45,319 nt of DNA, taken from positions 1 through 45,319 of the IMG/VR virus record IMGVR_UViG_3300045988_147626. The stretch is one strand, 5' to 3'. This document shows positions 33,797 through 42,327 of the stretch, piece after piece. A model generated the notes under the pieces. It was not told where the DNA came from and did no database searches. It saw nothing but the letters and a program-made list of their open reading frames with translations. Within the stretch, counting starts at the first letter, position 1, and every line of letters begins with the position of its first letter. The translations under genes were made by a program, and so were the position numbers. The stretch comes from a virus.

Positions 33797-34546
33797 ATGA
33801 AAAATTTAACAGTAATTGAAAATGAATTAGTACCAGTATACGAAACAAGCATTGGGGAGAAAGTAGTGTACGGTTCAGAACTTCATGAAGTTTTAGGTGT
33901 TAAAAGTAATTACCGCGAATGGGTAAAACGAAGATTTTCTGATATTGATGCAATAGAAAATGAGGATTTTGACAGTGTCGAAATTTCGACAGTGGCTGGT
34001 GGAACACCTAAGAAAGACCATATCATCAAACTCGATACTGCTAAAGAGATGGCAATGCTTGAACGTAACGAGAAGGGAAAGCAGATCCGCAGATACTTTA
34101 TTGAGGTAGAGAAAAAGTATAAAAAAGAACAATTTGAAGGACTCTCAACAGAATTACAGGCTATCATCATGCATGACAAGAAGATCCAGAAGATAGAGAC
34201 ACGCATGGATAAACTAGAATATGATATTCCCTTATATGGAGCGGAAGCAGATGAATTATGTAATCACGTAAAGAGAAAAGGCGTGGCAGTGATGGGCGGA
34301 AAGGAATCCAATGCATATAAGGATACGAAAATTCGTTCGGCGGTGTACACTGATATTTATAATCAGTTGAAACGTGAGTTTGGTTTATACGATGAAAAGG
34401 GACGGTTTAAATCATATAAAGCCCTGAAACGTCGGTACATTTATGAAGCACATGAATTAATTGATGTATATGAACTTCCGGTATTCTTGAAGGAACAGGT
34501 TAATGATTGCAATTCTCAGTTAAACCTTTCCAAGGAGGTGGCGTGA
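33797..34546 (+). CDS. Phage antirepressor (ORF6N/AntA-like N-terminus, ORF6C-like C-terminus)
   Basis: GSELHEVLGVKSNYREWVKRR...KLDTAKEMAMLERNEKGKQIRRYFIEVEKKY is typical of Ant-family proteins. Confidence 0.85.
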   Translation: MKNLTVIENELVPVYETSIGEKVVYGSELHEVLGVKSNYREWVKRRFSDIDAIENEDFDSVEISTVAGGTPKKDHIIKLDTAKEMAMLERNEKGKQIRRYFIEVEKKYKKEQFEGLSTELQAIIMHDKKIQKIETRMDKLEYDIPLYGAEADELCNHVKRKGVAVMGGKESNAYKDTKIRSAVYTDIYNQLKREFGLYDEKGRFKSYKALKRRYIYEAHELIDVYELPVFLKEQVNDCNSQLNLSKEVA

Positions 34547-34767
34547 TGAGTTATCATGATTTTTGTATACAGGTTGCGCCGTCGGTTGCGGAGCTGCAGA
34601 GGGAGTGCAGTAAAATGAATATAGAGGAATTTGGTGAATTTCGCAAAGAAGTAATACAGGAAGTAAAACCTTTGAAATTGAGTGAAAAATTCATGAATAT
34701 AGTGTTGGATATGATATATAATAATCTGTTTAAAAAGGGCGAGGCACTTCGGGAGGTGCAGGAATGA
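34546..34767 (+). CDS. Hypothetical protein (73 aa)
   Basis: ATG 34546 in a GTGATGA overlap, after GGAGGTGG. Confidence 0.5.
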   Translation: MSYHDFCIQVAPSVAELQRECSKMNIEEFGEFRKEVIQEVKPLKLSEKFMNIVLDMIYNNLFKKGEALREVQE

Positions 34768-34964
34768 ACATACAGAAAGAATTGCAGATAAATATGCATC
34801 AGGCAGTAGTATGTTTTGATGGAACGGATGAAGTGGGGAATTTTTTGCAGGCTGCGGCGGATAGGTGCGGGTACCTGCCATTAATAATTTCTGAAGCCTA
34901 TACATATGGAGTAATTCAAGGAAAACGAGAAGAACGTGCCAGAAGACGGGGCAAAAGGAAGTAA
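34764..34964 (+). CDS. Hypothetical protein (66 aa)
   Basis: ATGA overlap with the upstream stop. Basic C-terminus. Confidence 0.5.
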   Translation: MNIQKELQINMHQAVVCFDGTDEVGNFLQAAADRCGYLPLIISEAYTYGVIQGKREERARRRGKRK

Positions 34965-34977
34965 TATTTCAATTATT

Positions 34978-35009
34978 AAGAAGCACTTGCCGAGCGGTAA
35001 GTGCTTCTT
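34978..35009. terminator. 11-bp stem hairpin (possible terminator)
   Basis: AAGAAGCACTT pairs with AAGTGCTTCTT across a 10-nt loop. No clear T run on the plus strand. Confidence 0.45.
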
Positions 35010-35266
35010 GCGTTGCTGGGGCGAATCTGAAAGAATTATGTGTGGCGAAGCGGCTGCCGAACTGCCGGGCGGATCGCCTGGGAGAAGATGCAGGAGGGCA
35101 GTTGAGGTTCGCGTAGAAAAATAGAGGGAGGTGGTATCTGGGGGAAGAATTTAGAGGTGAGCGGTTGAAGTGTGTCCGATACGTCAATAATTTCGGGATT
35201 CCGCCTAAACAGTGATTTATAATGTTTTTGTGAAGAAGCTTTTGATTTTTGAATTGTACTTTTATG

Positions 35267-35295
35267 TTGCAAAAAGGCATGCTCTGAAGTATGAT
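35267..35295 (+). promoter_or_regulatory. Candidate SigA-type promoter of the GNAT-methyltransferase gene
   Basis: TTGCAA (35267..35272), 17-nt spacer, TATGAT (35290..35295). Confidence 0.5.
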
Positions 35296-35324
35296 AATAA
35301 TGATCATTTTTGGGAGGTGAAGAA

Positions 35325-36872
35325 GTGTTGTTTTATAAAAAGAGGAGCAATGATATACGGTACAAAACTATTCCCTGTCAAAAGTTGACTGATAAAGAAC
35401 TTGCGCAATGCAAAGAATTATTTGACAATCATTATGGTACTTGGGGAGAAGGAAGCAATAGAGAGGGCAAAAGAATAAAGTTCCCTAGTAGTCGCTACGA
35501 AGAATACAGAGAGTTAAATAATACCTATGTAGCACTGGCAATATTAGATGGAGTTATTATAGGCCAGGCATTTTACCTTAAGGACATATTTGGAAAAAAT
35601 GATAATATATCCTGGGTTTTACAACTGGTTGTGCATAAAGATTATCGAAAGCAAGGAATTGCAAAAACATTGCTTCATTCGATTTGGGGATTTTCTGATG
35701 ATTATGCCTGGGGATTAGCAACATCAAATGCATTGACGGTAAAAACATTGGAAAAGGCTACCTTTAGAAAAGTGGATCCGAAAGAGATGTTAAAACACAG
35801 CGCAAAAATAGTAATGATAAAGAGCAAGATACCTTTTGCTTCTAATGCAAAAATGTACCTGGACGATGAATCATCTATTTTAAATTCTGGATTTCCTGTT
35901 GATAGGAAGGTAGTTAGTCAAAATTTGAAATTATATAATGATAAGTGGAATTTAGGAGATTTGCCGATAGGTCATGAGTGGCTTGCATTTACATTTAAAG
36001 ATCAAAAATATAATATTTCAAAGAAAGATTATGATGAAATCTTTAAAAATTCAGAGCGTATTGTGAATGATGCTTATAATCGTATGAATTTAACTGTTCA
36101 AGCGTGGAATAAACATCATGAAAATGAAGTGGATTTTATTATGAAATATTTTCAAGATTTCAAAATTGAAAGAGTATTTGATTTTGGATGTGGAAATGGA
36201 AGGCACGCCTTAGAATTTGCTCGTAGAGGTTACAAAGTAACAGGAATTGATTATTCTAAAAGAAATATAGAACAAATCTTAAGTGAAAAGGAGCTATATG
36301 ATGCTACTTTTTTGAAAGATGATTGCCGTTACGCCCACCTTGAGGGAAAGGCCGATTTGGTGTTATGCTTATATGATGTAATAGGATCATTTGTTAATGA
36401 AAAAGATAATCGAAAAATTCTCAAGAACATTCGAAAGCATTTACGCACAAACGGGCGATTAGTATTAAGTGTTATGAATTTGGAATTAACACAGCATATT
36501 GCCCAGAATGTTGTTCCTGAAGTTAGAGATAACCCAAGAGCCTTAGTAAAGTTACCGCCAAGTAAAATTATGCAAACGAGTGGTAATGTTTTTGATCCGA
36601 GTCATTTTTTATTGGAGTCTGAAACAGGGGTTGTTTATAGAAAAGAACAATTTGAAAATGATGGTGATCTGTCTGCTGAGTATGTTATCAGAGATAAAAG
36701 ATATACAAAAGAAGAGATTTGTTCTTTACTAATAAAAACAGGATTTGATATTTTAGAAGTAAGATATGTAAGAGCTGGAAGATGGGATACTCCGCTAGAT
36801 GCTAGACATAAAAATGCAAAAGAAATTTTGGTATTTGCAAAGAAAAGACGATTCTTGGATTTTCATAATTGA
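35325..36872 (+). CDS. GNAT acetyltransferase fused to a class I SAM-dependent methyltransferase (about 515 aa)
   Basis: GNAT acetyl-CoA motif LVVHKDYRKQGIAKTLL near residue 110. MTase motif I VFDFGCGNGRHALEFARRGYKVTGIDYS, then DLVLCLYDVIG. GTG 35325 lies 7 nt after GGAGG. Confidence 0.8.
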   Translation: MLFYKKRSNDIRYKTIPCQKLTDKELAQCKELFDNHYGTWGEGSNREGKRIKFPSSRYEEYRELNNTYVALAILDGVIIGQAFYLKDIFGKNDNISWVLQLVVHKDYRKQGIAKTLLHSIWGFSDDYAWGLATSNALTVKTLEKATFRKVDPKEMLKHSAKIVMIKSKIPFASNAKMYLDDESSILNSGFPVDRKVVSQNLKLYNDKWNLGDLPIGHEWLAFTFKDQKYNISKKDYDEIFKNSERIVNDAYNRMNLTVQAWNKHHENEVDFIMKYFQDFKIERVFDFGCGNGRHALEFARRGYKVTGIDYSKRNIEQILSEKELYDATFLKDDCRYAHLEGKADLVLCLYDVIGSFVNEKDNRKILKNIRKHLRTNGRLVLSVMNLELTQHIAQNVVPEVRDNPRALVKLPPSKIMQTSGNVFDPSHFLLESETGVVYRKEQFENDGDLSAEYVIRDKRYTKEEICSLLIKTGFDILEVRYVRAGRWDTPLDARHKNAKEILVFAKKRRFLDFHN

Positions 36873-36933
36873 CCATTTTGGCGGAGAGGGAAGATTGATA
36901 GCTAGTTTTGTATAGAATAAATGTATATGGTCA

Positions 36934-36976
36934 AAAAAGGGATTTTCGCATTGATGTGCGGTGATCCCTTTTTTTA
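36934..36976 (+). terminator. Rho-independent terminator after the GNAT-MTase gene
   Basis: AAGGGAT (36937..36943) pairs with ATCCCTT (36964..36970), followed by a T run. Confidence 0.7.
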
Positions 36977-37065
36977 TCCCCTAAAATCCAAACGTGCAGA
37001 GAACCCCTCCCACCTCACCATGATAAAATAATGGCAGAATGCCAGAAATAAGGGAAGTGATAGAC

Positions 37066-37329
37066 ATGAATCTGAATGCAGCGATGCGGAAGCTCCAGAG
37101 GGCTATTCTCGTCCGGACTGGTTTAGTGGTGAAGATTGGGACAAGTCAGTTTCACAGCAAGGACCAGAACCGTATGATTACGATGTATTCACTGACAACA
37201 CCAGTGCTGCAGGAGAACCGGAGGGGACAATGGAGGATGAAGGACTATGAGATTATCCGGACGGCATCGCAGATTGATATTGTCATGACGCTTCGGGAAA
37301 TCTGGACGCAGTTAGAGGGTTGGGCTTGA
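37066..37329 (+). CDS. Hypothetical protein upstream of terminase (87 aa)
   Basis: ATG 37066 follows AAGGGAAG. No terminase small subunit motifs. Confidence 0.5.
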   Translation: MNLNAAMRKLQRAILVRTGLVVKIGTSQFHSKDQNRMITMYSLTTPVLQENRRGQWRMKDYEIIRTASQIDIVMTLREIWTQLEGWA

Positions 37330-37367
37330 GCTGGAGAAGGGAATGTACGATGGAAGAGGGTGGATAG

Positions 37368-38990
37368 ATGAAGCTGACGCCGAAGCAGAAAGCTTTTGCG
37401 GATAATTACATAGAGAATGGAGGGAATGCTTCTGCAGCGGCGCGGGACGCAGGGTATAGGGAACGGGCGGCGGGGTCGATGGGAGCGGAGAACCTGAAAA
37501 AGCCGCAGATAGCCGCCTATATAGCCGAGCGACAGGAGAAAATAGATTCCGACCGCATCTGTACGCTGAAAGAGATCCAGGAGCTTCGGAGTAGAGTGGT
37601 GCGTGGAGAGGAGAAGGATCAGTTCGGTCTGGATCTCTCCGTAGCGGATCGGTTAAAGGCTGCGAACGATTTGGAAAAGGCGTTATCCATCAAGGAGCAG
37701 CAGGAAGCGCTTCGCAAGGCAAAAGAGGAAGCCAGGACAGCGGGGGAATACCACATTGATTTGGATGTGATTGCGGATGTATTCCATCCGTTGATTCGCG
37801 ATGTGAGACGTGGAAAGCATACAGAATATATTCTTCCCGGTGGGCGTGGTTCGACCAAGTCCTCGGGAATTTCGTGTATAATTCCGGAGCTGATAAAGAA
37901 TCATCCAAGTATGCACGCGCTGATTCTCCGCAAGGTGGGGAATACGATAAAAGATTCTGTGTTCGCTCAAATGAAATGGGCGATCGCGAAGCTGGGATTG
38001 GAAGAGGAGTTTCGGTTTAAGACATCCCCGTTTGAAATCACGTATATGCCAACCGGCCAGAAGATATATTTCCGCGGGGCGGATGATCCGCTGAAAATTA
38101 AATCGATTAAGCCGGAGTTCGGATATATCGGTATTCTCTGGCTGGAGGAGCTGGATCAGTTTGCGGGACCGGAAGAGGTCAGAAGTATTCAGCAGTCCGC
38201 CATCCGAGGCGGTGATGAGGCATACCGCTTTAAATCCTTTAACCCGCCGCGCAGTAAAATAAACTGGGCGAATCAGTATGTGGAGGAGGCGGAGTTTAAG
38301 GATCCGGAGGCGTTGGTCTGCCGGAGCACTTACAAAGATGTCCCGGCGGAATGGCTGGGCGAACAGTTTGTGAACGACGCCGAGCATCTGAAAGAAGTTA
38401 ATCCGGATGCATATGAGAATGAGTATATGGGTCATGCGAACGGAAATGGAGGCAACGTGTTCGAATTTGTAGAGGTGCGGGCAATCGCAGATGAAGAAAT
38501 CAGTCATATGGATCGGCTCTACTGCGGTGTAGACTTCGGATGGTACCCGGATTCGTTTTGCTATCTGCGAACGTACTACGATGCCGCCAGGGAAACAATC
38601 TACCTTTTGGACGAACTCTATGTGACGAAGTGGAGCAATGCCAAAACGGCGGGATGGATCAAGAAAAAAGGGTACGATGACTACGTTATGATATGTGATT
38701 CTGCCGAGCCGAAGTCAATCAATGATTTCCGGGACGCGGGTCTTCCTGCCCGCGGGGCGGAGAAGGGGCCTGGCAGTGTTGAATACGGATTTAAGTTTTT
38801 ACAGACAAAGAAAATTGTCATTGACCCGAACCGGACACCGAACGCACATAGAGAGATTATCCGCTATGAGTATGACCGGGATAAGGAAGGAAATATAATA
38901 AGCGGCTATCCGGACAGGGACGATCATGCGATTTCAGCGCTGCGTTACGCATATGAACCTCTGTTCAACCGGAGAGGAAACAGTGCATAG
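37368..38990 (+). CDS. Terminase: small-subunit-like N-terminal domain fused to PBSX-type large subunit (540 aa)
   Basis: Residues 1-60 (LTPKQKAFADNYIENGGNASAAARDAGY) look like a TerS HTH of the Terminase_2 type. From about residue 130 the protein has a TerL ATPase with Walker A LPGGRGSTKSSG and a nuclease half. Confidence 0.88.
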   Translation: MKLTPKQKAFADNYIENGGNASAAARDAGYRERAAGSMGAENLKKPQIAAYIAERQEKIDSDRICTLKEIQELRSRVVRGEEKDQFGLDLSVADRLKAANDLEKALSIKEQQEALRKAKEEARTAGEYHIDLDVIADVFHPLIRDVRRGKHTEYILPGGRGSTKSSGISCIIPELIKNHPSMHALILRKVGNTIKDSVFAQMKWAIAKLGLEEEFRFKTSPFEITYMPTGQKIYFRGADDPLKIKSIKPEFGYIGILWLEELDQFAGPEEVRSIQQSAIRGGDEAYRFKSFNPPRSKINWANQYVEEAEFKDPEALVCRSTYKDVPAEWLGEQFVNDAEHLKEVNPDAYENEYMGHANGNGGNVFEFVEVRAIADEEISHMDRLYCGVDFGWYPDSFCYLRTYYDAARETIYLLDELYVTKWSNAKTAGWIKKKGYDDYVMICDSAEPKSINDFRDAGLPARGAEKGPGSVEYGFKFLQTKKIVIDPNRTPNAHREIIRYEYDRDKEGNIISGYPDRDDHAISALRYAYEPLFNRRGNSA

Positions 38991-39008
38991 TTGTATGGGT
39001 GAAAATAG

Positions 39009-40454
39009 ATGGGATTAATAGAGACAATAAAAAGGTGGATAGGGATGATTTTCAAGAAACAGGCAGAGGATGAGTTTAAGATTAAGTCCGTAGTATCTCC
39101 GGAGATGGATCGAGAGCTGAAATGCTGCGCGGGTATTTATGCTGGAAAACCTCCGTGGCTTAGTAAAGATAACAGAATCCGGACTGTGAACTTTGCTAAG
39201 TCAATTTGTTCAGAGACTGCCAGATTGACAACCTTGGCAATCGGGATCCAGATTGAGGGTAGCGCGCGGGCGAATTGGCTGCAAGAGCAGATTGATAAGG
39301 TGTATTTCCAGGTTCGTCACTGGGTTGAATTTGGCTGTGCCTACGGAACCTTGTTTGTAAAGCCGAACGGGGAAGGACTGGACATATTTACACCAGAGGA
39401 TGTTATTCTGGTAGATTATGATAACCAGGGCATTAAGGGGATGGTTTTCCGGGATACATACACGAAGGGAGATAAGTTTTACACACGGCTCGAATATCAT
39501 CGTTTTGCAGAAATGCAGCAGGGTGGAGAAAAGGTATATCCATATTATATCAGCAATCGAGCATACGTTTCTCAATCGGCAGATGACATCGGAAAAAGGA
39601 TTGCACTGGAAAAAACAAAGTGGGCGGATATGATGGAGGATACACCCCCAATATTGAAAGCGAACGGGGAGCGGCTGGATGGCCCGATGTTTGGCGTGTT
39701 CCGTACACCGCAGGCAAACAATATTGATTTGTCTTCTCCAATGGGATTGCCAATGTATGCGGAAGCAATCGAGGAGCTACGGGATCTGGATGTAGCGTAC
39801 AGCCGGAATGCTGGGGAGATATTTGACAGTGAAAAGATTGTGCTGGCAGATGACCGCCTCATGATGATGGATGGGACAAACATCAAGAACAGAACGGCTC
39901 GGAACCTGGAAGAACAAAGGGAGAAGATGAAGTTGCCTCATTACGTAAGAAATGTGTTCGGTTCAGATTCGAAGGATTTCTACCAGGAAATAAATCCGCA
40001 GCTTAATACAGAGACGCGTCTTTCTGGCATTAATGCGCTGTTGTCCCAGATAGGTTATAAAGCTGGGTATAGCAACGGATATTTCGTGTTCAATGAAAAA
40101 ACTGGAATGGTAACGGCAACACAGGTTGAGGCGGATGACCGGAAGACGATCCAGCTGATAAAAGATATGCGGGATAAGCTTCAGGATTGTTTGAACGGTG
40201 CAATTTATGCATTGAGTGTGTATGCGGATCTGAACGCTTTAGCACCGACTGGATTGTATGAAGTGACGTATGACTTCGGAGACATAACCTACAATCGTGA
40301 AGAGGACCGGGCGCGCTGGTGGCAGTATGTTATGCAAGGAAAAGTGCCGGCATGGGTCTACTTCCAGAAATTTGAAGGAATGTCCGAAGAGGATGCGAAA
40401 GCAATGGTAGAGGAAGCACAGCCAAAAGAACCAACGCTGTTTGGGGAAGAGTAA
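39009..40454 (+). CDS. Portal protein (SPP1 Gp6-like)
   Basis: 481 aa, directly after the terminase. Size and sequence character are typical of portals. Confidence 0.85.
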   Translation: MGLIETIKRWIGMIFKKQAEDEFKIKSVVSPEMDRELKCCAGIYAGKPPWLSKDNRIRTVNFAKSICSETARLTTLAIGIQIEGSARANWLQEQIDKVYFQVRHWVEFGCAYGTLFVKPNGEGLDIFTPEDVILVDYDNQGIKGMVFRDTYTKGDKFYTRLEYHRFAEMQQGGEKVYPYYISNRAYVSQSADDIGKRIALEKTKWADMMEDTPPILKANGERLDGPMFGVFRTPQANNIDLSSPMGLPMYAEAIEELRDLDVAYSRNAGEIFDSEKIVLADDRLMMMDGTNIKNRTARNLEEQREKMKLPHYVRNVFGSDSKDFYQEINPQLNTETRLSGINALLSQIGYKAGYSNGYFVFNEKTGMVTATQVEADDRKTIQLIKDMRDKLQDCLNGAIYALSVYADLNALAPTGLYEVTYDFGDITYNREEDRARWWQYVMQGKVPAWVYFQKFEGMSEEDAKAMVEEAQPKEPTLFGEE

Positions 40455-40472
40455 AAGGATGCAATAGAGGAA

Positions 40473-41702
40473 GTGAGGGCGGCAATGCTTAGACCGGCAT
40501 ATTTGGCGGCGATTGCGGAAGGAAGCGAGCAGATCGCTTCGGAGCTGCATGATTATATTGTACAAGCCATTGTGGGGCGGATGATGGAGCGCATCGGCAG
40601 AGGAGAAAAATATCTGCTGACTTCGGCGGACCGCTGGCGGATCCAGATCTTGCAGGATGCTGGGGAGTTGCTGGAGAATATAACGGCGGAGCTTTCTCTG
40701 TACACAGGGAAGCAAATACAAGAGATTCGTTCGGCAATGGAAGAAGCGGGAGTGAAAGCGCTGGAAGCGGATGATTTGATATACAGTGCTGCCGGTCTGT
40801 CTACGGTACCACTGTGGGAGTCTCCAGCGTTGGTTCGGCTGATGGAGCGGAATATGAACGCATCGTTGGGTGAATGGAGAAACTACACCCGCACGACGGC
40901 AGAAGAAGCACAACGGCTCTATATAACAGAATGTGATAAAGCATATAACCATGTTATGAGCGGTGCAGTTGCGTATACTCAGGCAGTGAAAGAAGCGGTT
41001 GAAACGATATCTTCTGCGGGAGTGGCAGTGAAATATCCAAGCGGGCATACGGATACGCTGGAAACTGCGACAGCGCGGGCAGTTCGCACCGGGATCGCGC
41101 AGGCAACAGGAGATATATCGCTGAAACGCATGGAAGAAATGAATTGGGATATCATTCTGGTATCTGCGCATATTGGAGCCAGAACCGGAGATGGAGGGCA
41201 GAATCCTGGAAATCATTTATGGTGGCAGGGGCAGTTTTATAGCAGGAGTGGAACAGACAAACGCTTTCCTCCGTTTTCGCAAACGGGGTACGGAACAGGA
41301 GAAGGGCTGTGCGGTTGGAACTGCCGTCATAGCTTTGGCTGCGGCGACGGTGTCCATAATCCATATAAAGACATTCAAACCGAAGATAATGTCCGGATGG
41401 AGAAGCTGGAGAAGCGCCAGAGGGAGCTGGAACGCCGTGTTCGGAAGACCAAACGTGCGGTGATGGGGATGCAGACGGCAGTTGAGCAGTGTCAGGACGA
41501 GGCTGCAAAGTTCGCCCTGCAGCAGGAACTGGATCGGAAGTCGTATCTTCTGCAAAGGCAGAACCAGGCATATCAGGATTTTTGCAAGTACAATAGCCTA
41601 CGTCCTCTTTCGGAACGCTTGAAGATAGCCAGATGGAGCAGGGAACAGGCGGCAAAAGCCAGAGGAGCGGCAAGACGGTATCAGAATGCGAAAAGAATAT
41701 GA
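40473..41702 (+). CDS. Head morphogenesis / minor capsid protein (MuF, SPP1 gp7-like)
   Basis: The LCGWNCRHSF motif is typical of the Mu F family. Follows the portal. Coiled-coil basic C-terminus. Confidence 0.8.
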   Translation: MRAAMLRPAYLAAIAEGSEQIASELHDYIVQAIVGRMMERIGRGEKYLLTSADRWRIQILQDAGELLENITAELSLYTGKQIQEIRSAMEEAGVKALEADDLIYSAAGLSTVPLWESPALVRLMERNMNASLGEWRNYTRTTAEEAQRLYITECDKAYNHVMSGAVAYTQAVKEAVETISSAGVAVKYPSGHTDTLETATARAVRTGIAQATGDISLKRMEEMNWDIILVSAHIGARTGDGGQNPGNHLWWQGQFYSRSGTDKRFPPFSQTGYGTGEGLCGWNCRHSFGCGDGVHNPYKDIQTEDNVRMEKLEKRQRELERRVRKTKRAVMGMQTAVEQCQDEAAKFALQQELDRKSYLLQRQNQAYQDFCKYNSLRPLSERLKIARWSREQAAKARGAARRYQNAKRI

Positions 41703-41802
41703 TGACAGAAATCAATAAAAAGTAATTGTAGAGATGTGAAACGTGGGGGGAATGGATTGGGGAAAAACATGATAAAATGGCAGTATGTTGGAGGGGAGAA
41801 GA

Positions 41803-41994
41803 ATGATAAAGAATGGATGGGTATGCTGCAGAATATGCGGCAACAAGACCCGGACAAAAATTCGGCCAGATACGGAAGCGGTAAATCTTCCAGTATTTTG
41901 CCCGGTATGTAAAAACCAGAGCATTGTAGATATTGTAAAAGGGAATGTTGTTTATATGCAGAGCCAGACGCATGACGCAGAGCCGAACGAGTAA
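41803..41994 (+). CDS. Cysteine-rich KTR-domain protein (63 aa)
   Basis: MIKNGWVCCRICGNKTRTKIRPDTEAVNLPVFCPVCKNQ matches the cysteine-rich KTR pattern. ATG 41803 follows GGAGGGGAG. Confidence 0.6.
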   Translation: MIKNGWVCCRICGNKTRTKIRPDTEAVNLPVFCPVCKNQSIVDIVKGNVVYMQSQTHDAEPNE

Positions 41995-42026
41995 GAAATT
42001 CTTACAAGTTTAGACTCTGCGTTTTC
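41977..42026 (+). terminator. Hairpin terminator after the KTR gene
   Basis: GCAGAG (41977..41982) pairs with CTCTGC (42015..42020). An inner GTAAG/CTTAC stem is present, followed by GTTTTCT. Confidence 0.5.
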
Positions 42027-42220
42027 TATATGTTGGGTAGACTCCTTTCATGTTTGTGTGCGCCCTTAAAAGAAATCCCCAGCTAGGGGAGAGGTTGAAA
42101 AGCGGATGCAATTTCCGGCGCACACTTGCAACGCAAGTTGCACATACGTTATCATTTGTACCCCCTGTTGTGCCAAGCATAGCACATGAAAGAAAATGCT
42201 AACCGGCCTGTGCCGGTTTA

Positions 42221-42294
42221 GGACCGTTAGCTCAGTGGGTTAGAGCACCCGGCTCATAACCGGATGGCCCGGGGTTCAAGTCCCTGACGGTCCA
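42221..42294 (+). tRNA. tRNA with CAT anticodon (elongator Met or lysidine-modified Ile2)
   Basis: Manual cloverleaf: acceptor GGACCGT/ACGGTCC, D arm GCTC/GAGC, anticodon loop CTCATAA, T arm CGGGG-TTCAAGT-CCCTG, discriminator A. No encoded CCA. Confidence 0.85.
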
Positions 42295-42327
42295 GTACCA
42301 TATGTTTCAGCGTTAAGGAGGATGAGA

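Noticed and set aside
40239-41973. Long minus-strand ORFs (325 aa and 273 aa) across the portal end, MuF and KTR genes
   Set aside because: They are antisense to genes with clear family motifs (GWNCRHSF). Their composition is Arg/Cys/Pro-rich and they have no translation signals.
42221-42294. Possibility that the phage tRNA is a suppressor linked to stop-codon reassignment
   Set aside because: The anticodon is CAT, not CTA, TCA or TTA. ORFs across the genome are intact under the standard code.
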